Source: Kiritimatiellia bacterium | GTDB taxonomy: Bacteria; Verrucomicrobiota; Kiritimatiellia; RFP12; UBA1067 | Assembly (NCBI GenBank): GCA_017514235.1 | Contig: JAFWKK010000014.1 | Coordinates: 19,061 to 83,060, forward strand | Direction of reading: 5' to 3' | Length of the DNA: 64,000 nt | Part shown: positions 44,021-52,300 of the stretch, in pieces | Layout of the letters: every line of letters begins with the position of its first letter | How positions within the stretch are numbered: the stretch's first letter is position 1 | Notes under the pieces: generated by a model | Told to the model about the DNA's origin: nothing | Databases searched by the model: none | What the model saw: only the letters and a program-made list of their open reading frames with translations | Translations under genes and position numbers: made by a program

Positions 44021-45253
44021 TTAGCGTTTCGTTCCAGCCGATCCGAACACCTTGTGGATTGCTTCAAGGTAACCGAAGCCGAATTGCGAATCAGGCTCAA
44101 GGTACGAACCCTCGGTCCACTCGTTCCAAGAGTTGATCGTGATGAGTTTTGGGAGTGGCGAAGCGATGTTAACATCCGCCCATGCCTTGATGCGGCGTGA
44201 ATAACGCTCGAAGTCGGCAGGATTGGAGTTGCGGATGACGCGTTTAGACTCATGGGCCGGATATCGCGCGTTGTTGTCCCAGCCAATGGACACATTCGGG
44301 AAGTACACCATACCGGACGACTTTGCGGCGTCGCGGCAGGCGTCATGTACTTTGAGCGCCAGCTCACCCCATTCAGAATACGTCAGCTCCGGCTGCGACC
44401 TGTCGCCGAGACGCTTGTGGGTGCCGTCAATCCAGCAGTAGCATGTGGCAGAGTCAATGCCTAGCGCCGTCAAATCCTTGCGCATGAGCAAATCACTGCT
44501 GCCACAGATTATCTGGAGATGAAGACCGGTAAATCCCGCCGCCTTCACACGTTCGCGAAGACTGGCTACGCGCTCCTTCGCCTTGTCCAGCCCTTCCCAC
44601 CCAATGAACGACTTTACATCATAAATGGGAAGCACAGGCTTACCGTCGATCTTATAGTAATTCGTTCGCTTGAAGTACTGTGTAATCCAGTGATCCGCAA
44701 TCTGTCGTCAATCGTCGTCGGTGACATTCGCTGGCCATATGACCTTGTACTTGCCGTCCTTTGTCCCCACCTTGTTGTTCCAATAGCTGTTTACGTCATG
44801 GTTGGCCCACATGATGTAGAACTTCATCTTGCCGTTGTTGGATGCGCCGAGAAATCCCTTGTTCAGTGCATCTTCGAGGAACGGACGGCCGCCGTACCAG
44901 TACCAGTCGTAGATAAACACGTTTACGCCATGCGACACCGCAGCGTCGATCTTGCGCTCCACCACCTTAGGATCGGCATCGTTCTCATAGCCCCAGAGCG
45001 GCATGAGCGGCTGGCGGTGCCCTTCCCACTTCGGCACGGCTTCCTTGACGTTCTGCCATTCGCCGATCCCCTCGTTGAAGATGCCAAGCTCTGCCCAGCG
45101 CGGCTCAGGCTGGTATGCCGGCCACACATAGGCGGCAACGTCATACGCCGCCGCCTCGCTCCGCGCACTGCCCGGCCCCGCATCAGCCAAGAACGTCCCG
45201 GCAAAGGCCAGTCCGCATAACAGCACCGCCGCGCAACAATCCTGACTGCGCAT
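44021..45253 (-). pseudogene. WbsX / GH99-like domain protein gene interrupted by one in-frame TGA (44708-44710)
   Basis: ORFs 44708-45253 and 44021-44635 are in the same frame. My translation across the junction is ...WPANVTDDD*RQIADHWITQYFKRTNYYKIDGKPVLPIYD.... The N-terminal half has the WbsX-type pattern (EW.NV...GH.QP..P.WGY...FIYDWYW). Confidence 0.75.
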
Positions 45254-45432
45254 ATCAACGGATGGAGATTATCATGCCAAGCGGCAGAAATTCCACTTGA
45301 GCGGTCGCCGCCTCGCCTACGACCTTCTCGTTGAAGACTGTATAGACAGGTTTCACGGAATAAGTATAGGTATGCATGCTCATCTTTGCTTTTGCCCTAG
45401 TCCAATTCAGCGTCAGCGCAGTGCCCCAAGCG

Positions 45433-46701
45433 TTACTTCGTTAGGCGAAGGAGCGCACCGCCACCGCGAACGATCAAAAGGTCGAACTCCGCGCCGACTG
45501 GCGACCATGTACCAGCAAGCGCATCAAAACGTTCGGCGGCGGTTGGTGCCTTGATGTGGAGTGTGCGGTCTTTGCGGTAGTCGCAGTTCACCACCATCAG
45601 ATGTGTCGGCTTGCCGGGCGCATCAAAGCGCGTAACGAGCGTCGTGTCGGTCAACTCCTGCAATGGCTGAACTTCAGCATATGGTGTTTCAGGCGCAATC
45701 TCCAACAACGCCTGTTCGCAGTACGGCGTCGTGCCAGTCGGGTGAAGCCCCTGAAAATATGCGCCCTTGAAGCGAAGTCCATAAAGTATCTTTGCTATGG
45801 CTACGAACTCGCGATTGAGTGTCTTCAATGCCTCGTACTTTGCATCCGGCGTGCCGTCCAACGCCACGATGGAACCAACGTGCCCCTTGCGGCAGTACAC
45901 ATAGTAGTATATGCCGTGTGCACCATACGCCGCCGTCGTATAGACAAGGTAGCGCATTTCGTCAGGCCCAGGGATGCGCGGAGACGATGGAGAAGCAAGC
46001 TTGCCGGGGGTCCATGAGCAAGCCTGTACGCCGTTCCAGAACGGAATCCCCATTGCCGCCGCACACTGGCGGATAATGCCCATGTTAAGAAAATAGCTTC
46101 CCGCATCCCCGCTCGTCTTGAACTGATAATGGTCGTAGGTCAGGAATTCAGGACCATACGCCTCCCCATAGCGTTTCGCATATTCCCATTAGGCACGGGT
46201 TCTGTCGCCCTCCACGCCAAGTTGCTTGTTTGTGGCATAGCAAGGCAGAAGGTTGATCCACGTAGCATGGTTCGGGTCGCGTCGGCGAATCCATTCCTTT
46301 ACATGTGTCAGTTCGGCGAATCTCTCCGCCGAAGGCTCGTCCCAATGCTGATAGACATAAAGCGCAGGATGGTTCTTCACGCGGTCAATGCGCTCAGCCA
46401 ATGCCGATGCCTGTGCCGCATCGTCAAGATCGACCTTGAACCAAACGGTCTTGGGGTCGAGCATGTAGATTGCGCGCATCCCGTACTTGGCGGCATTGTC
46501 CAGCTCTTCGGGCGTTCGCGCCCACACTGTGTTGAAGCCGCCATCCTTCAGCTGCTGAAGCCAGCGGTCATCCAGCTTCTCCTCGTTCGTCCAATAGCCA
46601 GGCCCACCCCATTAAGCCGCAACTGGCTCTCCCGGCTCCCACGACGCAATGGCGACCACCGCCCAAAGGCATGCGGTCGCCGCCATGAAACCATTCCTCA
46701 T
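45433..46701 (-). pseudogene. clan GH-A-like TIM-barrel glycoside hydrolase gene with two in-frame TAA codons (46612-46614, 46189-46191)
   Basis: A single frame runs from ATG 46701 (GGAGAAAGGG SD, signal peptide MRNGFMAATACLWAVVAIAS) to 45433. The junctions read ...EPVAA*WGGPGYW... and ...DRTRA*WEYAKRYGEAYGPEFLTYDHYQF.... It is paralogous to 60544-61832. Confidence 0.65.
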
Positions 46702-46723
46702 CGCCGAACCCTTTCTCCTACTC

Positions 46724-48808
46724 CTACCGAATCAGAACCGCCATGCCACGCGGCACGAGATAGCCAGCAGACGTAATGCCGAGCCGTATCGTCTTGCCGT
46801 TTGGCTTCTCTGCGCGAATCATCTTCACCTGCGCATCGGTGAGCGCCGCCGCCGAAGTGCCGAATCTCACGGCACCTTCGCGGAAGCCCTTGACAAGCAA
46901 CGTTCCAGACCATGTCTTTGCACTCGAATCTGCAAACGTCATCGTTGCGTTCGCGCCCAACTCAAGAACGGCGCCGTCTGTCACCGTAAGCGCATCCAGT
47001 TCCAACGCACCAGCCGTCTTGCCGAACTTCGCGCCGTTCTTAAGAACAAACTCCCTCTTTCCGGAAACGCTCGTGCGCACCTGAGTGTCAGCACCAATCG
47101 GGAACGGACCACCGTTGTCGCCAAACACAATGCCGCCGCCATTGACAGTTACCGTGCCGCGCATTGCCCATTGTCCGTTGATGCGCATGGTTCCATCACC
47201 ATCCTTCTGCGTGGTGTAGTAGCGGTAATTGGCATGGGAGCCCGATTCAAACGCCGGGATTTCCCCGCCCACAATGAAATCCGCCGCCTCGTCGCCCGTA
47301 ACGTCGGCAACAGAGAACTTGAGAACTTGGCTTGTCCATCCAAGCGCACCGATGGCATCGACTGTTGCAGGCGTTTGGCTTTCGCCGACCACCATCCACT
47401 GCATGAGCTGGTTGTTGCCAACATTTGCGTATGGACCCTTGATTTGCGCACCGTTCAATAGCGTCACGAGCGGCAGGTATGTCTTTGAATCCTTCCAGGT
47501 TCCGCCAGCAGCATACGCACTGTCATGCCCAACCCAGAGAATGCCGCCGTCCACGACGACACATTGTTTGCCGCCATTGAATGTATGTTGGGTAGATGTC
47601 TTTTCTATGAACATCTTGCCATCCTGATGGATGCACAGTTCAGGATAGCCACCACACAGATCGCTGGCAGTTGTATTTATCGACAAGGTGCTGTTCGCAT
47701 ACACATTTACTATGCCATTCGTGGGAACCGAATTGTTTGCCCTTACCGTGACAACCGCGCCGCTCGTGACGGTGAGGTACGATGAGTATTCAAGGTAGTT
47801 CGCCTTCGCCAGCGTCGCGTTGCGCTGATACTCTACGTCGCCCCCGCCGCTGAACACCGGCGCGGCAAACGTGCTGTTCGCCTTTGGCAGAACGGACATC
47901 TTCACGCCAAGCGCAACATCCACCGTGCCGTTCATTGTCGCATCACCGGCAAAGCCAACCGTCGCAACCGAAGCGTTCTTATGCCGCCACACAACGTGCT
48001 TTATGCCGCTGTAGCCAGTGCTGCCGTTGCCTGCCTGTCCTTTATACACTCCACCCTTGATGTGACGCGTATTACCGCTCTTCTCGTTTATGAACCACCA
48101 CCATGCATCGTCCAGCAAACCGTTCGGATAGTAGAAATACGTGTCCCACACGTCTGTCTTCGGCTCGTAAACGCCAAAAGGCTGGCGAACAATCGTTGCC
48201 AACCGGAGATGGACGTCTACATTGCCGGCTTTCGCCGTCTGCATACGAAGCGACCATGTGTATCCGTTTTTCCAGAGATTCATCGCATAAGCGCCGTTGA
48301 CTGGTGCCACGTCTGTCAACTGATAGGTGCCGCGAGGGAAGGAGACGGGCGCACCTGATGGCGGATCGGCAAACGCAGAATAGAACATGTAGTTGTCGAT
48401 AACACCGGCTTTCCCGGGAAGCGCATTGACATCATAGTTTGAAGTCCCTTTCAAGATGGTGTTAGCGCCAGTCCATGAAAGAAATGCTTCGTCCGTGCGC
48501 GTCATGTTGAGATCGCCTTCCGCCGTAACGTCGTTGGCGAAGACAAGACTGCCGTTCGCGACCGCGCCGTCCGACGGCGCGGCGAACTCGATTGTCGCCC
48601 CTGTCGCAAAGGTCATTGCGTTGCCTGTGATGCGCAGTTCCTCGCCGCCTGTCGGCTTGACGGTGACGTTCGTCACGTTGCCGCTACCATCACAGAGAAT
48701 CGTCACCTTGCCGCCCGCCAGCGTCGCGTCGCCGCCAGTCCACGGAAGTTCCGTAGCGGATGCGACCATCGCCGTCGCCGCGCATGTCATAGCCAGTAGT
48801 CTTTTCAT
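46724..48808 (-). CDS. secreted beta-helical repeat surface protein
   Basis: Signal peptide MKRLLAMTCAATAMVASA. Repetitive G/T/N-rich beta-strand pattern. The C-terminus ...GMAVLIR is shared with other giants in the window. Confidence 0.7.
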   Translation of the reverse strand: MKRLLAMTCAATAMVASATELPWTGGDATLAGGKVTILCDGSGNVTNVTVKPTGGEELRITGNAMTFATGATIEFAAPSDGAVANGSLVFANDVTAEGDLNMTRTDEAFLSWTGANTILKGTSNYDVNALPGKAGVIDNYMFYSAFADPPSGAPVSFPRGTYQLTDVAPVNGAYAMNLWKNGYTWSLRMQTAKAGNVDVHLRLATIVRQPFGVYEPKTDVWDTYFYYPNGLLDDAWWWFINEKSGNTRHIKGGVYKGQAGNGSTGYSGIKHVVWRHKNASVATVGFAGDATMNGTVDVALGVKMSVLPKANSTFAAPVFSGGGDVEYQRNATLAKANYLEYSSYLTVTSGAVVTVRANNSVPTNGIVNVYANSTLSINTTASDLCGGYPELCIHQDGKMFIEKTSTQHTFNGGKQCVVVDGGILWVGHDSAYAAGGTWKDSKTYLPLVTLLNGAQIKGPYANVGNNQLMQWMVVGESQTPATVDAIGALGWTSQVLKFSVADVTGDEAADFIVGGEIPAFESGSHANYRYYTTQKDGDGTMRINGQWAMRGTVTVNGGGIVFGDNGGPFPIGADTQVRTSVSGKREFVLKNGAKFGKTAGALELDALTVTDGAVLELGANATMTFADSSAKTWSGTLLVKGFREGAVRFGTSAAALTDAQVKMIRAEKPNGKTIRLGITSAGYLVPRGMAVLIR

Positions 48809-48865
48809 CTCTGTTTTCCTATCTCGTTCAGAAGTTGGCAGTCAGTTGGTAAAAATACGAACCGA

Positions 48866-48871
48866 ATTATA
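48866..48871 (-). promoter_or_regulatory. extended -10 (TGTATAAT) for 48808 gene
   Basis: The plus strand reads GAATTATACAC in the intergenic region, 57 nt upstream of the SD-preceded ATG. Confidence 0.5.
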
Positions 48872-48969
48872 CACTATCTGCCATGCAGCTTCAAGCAGGG
48901 CACGAAAATTCACCATCCGGCCTTCGCCGCGATGACTGGCTTTCTCTTGTCAGGTCTAAAGATATCGCA

Positions 48970-51906
48970 TCAGCGAATCAATATCATCGTTCCCTTCTGC
49001 CAAAGCAAGAGAGCTTGACCGCCACCGTCCAACGACGCGATTTCAAGCTTGTACCCCTTAAGCCCGTTCGCAAGCCTGGGGATCGTCCCCGTGAAAGAAC
49101 CTGTCGTCTTGAGAACAAGCTCCCCACCCAGAACGAACGCCTCGGGATCTGGGAACCCGATGGCCGAGATCGACGAAAGATCAAATGTCTCACGGTCAAT
49201 CGTCATCGGTTCTCCGCCCTCGCGAACAAGCGTAAAGCCTGCGGCAAAGCTTACGGAAGACTCGACCGTGACCGGCCCGGCATTCGTCGCAGTGCCGGCG
49301 ATGGTGCCGTTGCGAATCGTTCCTGTGCCATAGATCCCGGAGACCGGATGCGCCTTGCCATCCAAATCGACCGTCGCGCCAGCGGCGATGTCCAGCGTCC
49401 ACGGAAATTCCGACTCGGACGTCAACGTCGCCACGCCGCTCCGGACATCCAGGACAGGGGTGCCGGACGAGACCGCCTCCACCGTCAATGCCCCCGCCCC
49501 GGTCTTGCGCATCGTCGCCACGTCCTTCCAGACGCCACCGACAGCCTTTGCGTCGGCACAGTCCACCACGAACGTTCCCGAGCCTTCAACGCTGCCGTTG
49601 CCTTCAATGGTTTCAACAGGCTGTACGACGCCTTCGGAAAGTTCGATCGCGCCGGGGAAGCCGATTATGCAGCGGCGGATCGTCGAACACTGCTGGTTCG
49701 CCGCCAGCGACAACACGCCGTCGCTCACCACGACCTGACGCAACGCGCTGCGGCCACCGGCAAGCGTAAGACGTCCGCCCTTTGTCTTGGAAAGCGCAGT
49801 TTCCGGCCAGGCCGACGCAACGGTCACGTTGCCGCCCATGATCTCGCCCGTCATAACGGGCATGCCGTTCAATGTCAAGGCGCCCGTGGACACCAGATTG
49901 CGCACCGTGACTCCGTTGCCCACGGTCAGCGTAGTTTCTCCGTCGGCATCTACGAGGGCATCCCTACCGACCCCCTTCTCGGCCGACCAGGGGTTTTCCG
50001 GCACCGTTCCGGACGACGCCCAGCCGGAAGCACCAGTCGTCCATGTGCCGGACGAACCGCCAGACCATACCAGCAGGTCTGTGCCGGGAGGTGCAGGCAG
50101 ACGATTCAGGCGACGCACCTGCACGGCATTCACCTGAGGCGATACGTTTTGTGCGCTGTTCGCCGTGTACTGCATCTTCATGACATGGGAAGAAGAACTC
50201 GGGAGGAAAGCGAGCACAGCGCTGTTTGTGTAGCGGACGAAATCCGCCTGGTTGCCATACTTTACGAGACGGTCTTCGGTACCAGCACCAACACGAGAAT
50301 CATTGACGAAGACCTGGATTAGATAAGGCTTGAACGGTTCAAGTCCGTTGAACGTCAAAGACTTTTCCATTATCAACTGCCCGCCGTTGGCGTAAATACC
50401 GGCAGCAAGCAACTTTTCGAAAGACGTCGTCGCACCTGGAAGGAATGCCGTTGCGTTGCGCTTCGTGAAACCTGCAAGTTCCACGTTCCCGGAACCCCAC
50501 GACGTATAGGATGTTTGCCAAGCGAAGGTCACTCCGTTAACGGTCTGGTCCGAATTCGCCGGAGTATAGGCATAGACCGTCTGCCCATCGTTTCGCACAG
50601 ACGTCTCGTCCGCAAGCCCGACCGTAGTATTCTCGGCCACCAACGACTCCACTTCCATGTCCGTGATGTCGCGAACCTGCAGCGCATTGAACGCCGGATT
50701 GTTTTTCGACGATCCGTCCCTGTTGTAGCCGCGTATGCGAATGGTCTTGTTCGTGGAGCCTGCGACGAACACGCCTGTCACGGTCTGTCCCCTGTATCCG
50801 TTGGCGCCGTCGTAAGCGTCCAGCGAACGCACTCCATCCACTTTCTGGTACACCGCGCATACGGCGTCTTCGTAGCGCGCATCAACATACCACATCTGGA
50901 CAAGGTACTTTCTGCCAGGAACGAGCTTCGTCAACGTAACGTCAAGCCACGATGCCCCATACCCCCTGACGAACAAGATCGAATAGACAAGATTCTTATA
51001 TTCCCCTGGCGTCCCCGCCGGATATTCCGACCTCGCAATCATAGAAGCGCCTGACGAGGACTTCTCAACACTGGTCGTCGTTCCATCTTGCCGCGCCACG
51101 AGCACGTCGTCGCCCGATATGCTTAGGTTCTTGAATGTGACCCCGTTCACATTGAGGTCGTCCTGACTGCCGTTGACATGATATGCGTACAAAGTTGTGC
51201 CGACATTGACGACTTCCGAACCGTCTCCTATCGTCTGCGGTTCACCCCATGCTATCGAAGGGAGTTTCCGCACCTGAATCGCATTGATCATGGGCTGCGT
51301 TGCGCTGTAGATCGAAATCGCCTGCTGTACGGAATCCGCCCTGAAACGGCCTATGGCATATTGGCCGTAACTTGCACCGTCCGGATGGGCACCAACCGTA
51401 CAGGTTCCATCAAGGACCATGTTATAGCTCGACACCGTTGAACGGTTGTCGTTGATCCAAATCTGCACCAGATATTCTTCGCCGGGCTGCAGACCGAGCA
51501 GCGTTGCCGTCGCCGTGGCATTTCCACCGCGATGCCAAGCTGCTCCGGCCAGAAGATTTCTATATGCGTCCGAGAACGTGGATGTGACCACGAAATTACC
51601 AAGGAAAGTATTGACACGCAGTTGTTCTAAAGTCGCCAACTGGACGTCAGGCTCCTGAGAACTCACATACAGCTGACCGGAGGAGGAGAGTCCCTTGAAC
51701 ATAACGCCGTTGATCTCCGCATCGGCATTGTTCTCGTTGTAGGCGTACAGAAGTTCGCCCTCTGTCGAAACATCGGTATCTGCGCCGATGTTCTGCGCTT
51801 CTTCCCACGCGATCGTGGCGGAAAACAGCCGAAGCGGCATCGTCGCCGCCGCAATTATCGCCGCAAGGCCCACATGACTCCGAAGCAATCCAATGATCTT
51901 TCTCAT
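48970..51906 (-). CDS. secreted giant protein: three tandem ~190-aa carbohydrate-binding-like modules plus beta-helical C-terminal half
   Basis: Signal peptide present. Three repeats each contain YAY..(I/V)NGV(M/T)F, PG..YLVQ(I/M)W and NA(I/L/V)QVR(K/D/R)(L/I). The C-terminus is ...GTMILIR. Confidence 0.7.
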   Translation of the reverse strand: MRKIIGLLRSHVGLAAIIAAATMPLRLFSATIAWEEAQNIGADTDVSTEGELLYAYNENNADAEINGVMFKGLSSSGQLYVSSQEPDVQLATLEQLRVNTFLGNFVVTSTFSDAYRNLLAGAAWHRGGNATATATLLGLQPGEEYLVQIWINDNRSTVSSYNMVLDGTCTVGAHPDGASYGQYAIGRFRADSVQQAISIYSATQPMINAIQVRKLPSIAWGEPQTIGDGSEVVNVGTTLYAYHVNGSQDDLNVNGVTFKNLSISGDDVLVARQDGTTTSVEKSSSGASMIARSEYPAGTPGEYKNLVYSILFVRGYGASWLDVTLTKLVPGRKYLVQMWYVDARYEDAVCAVYQKVDGVRSLDAYDGANGYRGQTVTGVFVAGSTNKTIRIRGYNRDGSSKNNPAFNALQVRDITDMEVESLVAENTTVGLADETSVRNDGQTVYAYTPANSDQTVNGVTFAWQTSYTSWGSGNVELAGFTKRNATAFLPGATTSFEKLLAAGIYANGGQLIMEKSLTFNGLEPFKPYLIQVFVNDSRVGAGTEDRLVKYGNQADFVRYTNSAVLAFLPSSSSHVMKMQYTANSAQNVSPQVNAVQVRRLNRLPAPPGTDLLVWSGGSSGTWTTGASGWASSGTVPENPWSAEKGVGRDALVDADGETTLTVGNGVTVRNLVSTGALTLNGMPVMTGEIMGGNVTVASAWPETALSKTKGGRLTLAGGRSALRQVVVSDGVLSLAANQQCSTIRRCIIGFPGAIELSEGVVQPVETIEGNGSVEGSGTFVVDCADAKAVGGVWKDVATMRKTGAGALTVEAVSSGTPVLDVRSGVATLTSESEFPWTLDIAAGATVDLDGKAHPVSGIYGTGTIRNGTIAGTATNAGPVTVESSVSFAAGFTLVREGGEPMTIDRETFDLSSISAIGFPDPEAFVLGGELVLKTTGSFTGTIPRLANGLKGYKLEIASLDGGGQALLLWQKGTMILIR

Positions 51907-51952
51907 GTCATTACTCCTTATTGGTTTCTTGTTTTCGACATGCTGACGAGCT

Positions 51953-52300
51953 TCATTTAAGCCTCCTCGCGAAGTCGATCATCCCATCAAGAATGGCCGC
52001 ACCCTCCGGCTTGCCGGAAAGAAGATCAAGGCCGAAGCTCTCCACCGCGACACCATCTCCGACATTGCGCTGGGCAAGATAGGCGAAGCATTCCTCCCTG
52101 CCCTCGCCAACCATGAAGAGATCCTTCTCGGCGATGCCGGAACCGGCCAATGGCTTTCCGTTCCCGATGATGCGGAAAAGGAGCGGCGAAAGAAATCCTT
52201 CATGAGGCAAATCGCCAAAAACCGGATGCTTCAAAAGCGCCGTGCCGACCTGACTGCCCATCCTCCACCAGCCGAGTTTCACATTGGGAACTCCCTCGGC
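51953..52300 (-). pseudogene. in-frame continuation of the GH2 gene beyond a TAG codon (C-terminal ~115 codons)
   Basis: Same frame as 52301-54772. The junction reads ...CRVVAIG*AEGVPNVKLGWWRMGSQ.... Composition after the stop is protein-like. Confidence 0.55.

Noticed and set aside
44708-44710. In-frame TGA as selenocysteine, or as evidence of an alternative genetic code
   Set aside because: TGA, TAA and TAG are all used as ordinary terminators by the well-supported genes in this window (for example the histidine kinase with TGA, metK with TAA, the secretin with TAG). The protein family is not a known selenoprotein, and I saw no obvious stem-loop immediately downstream. A nonsense mutation is the parsimonious reading.
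45255-45383. 42-codon ORF (MSMHTYTYSVKPVYTVFNEKVVGEAATAQVEFLPLGMIISIR) ending 1 nt before the WbsX-like start
   Set aside because: It resembles the terminal beta-strands of a glycosidase C-terminal domain and may be another gene fragment. It is too short, and lacks a family signature, to call as a gene or pseudogene.
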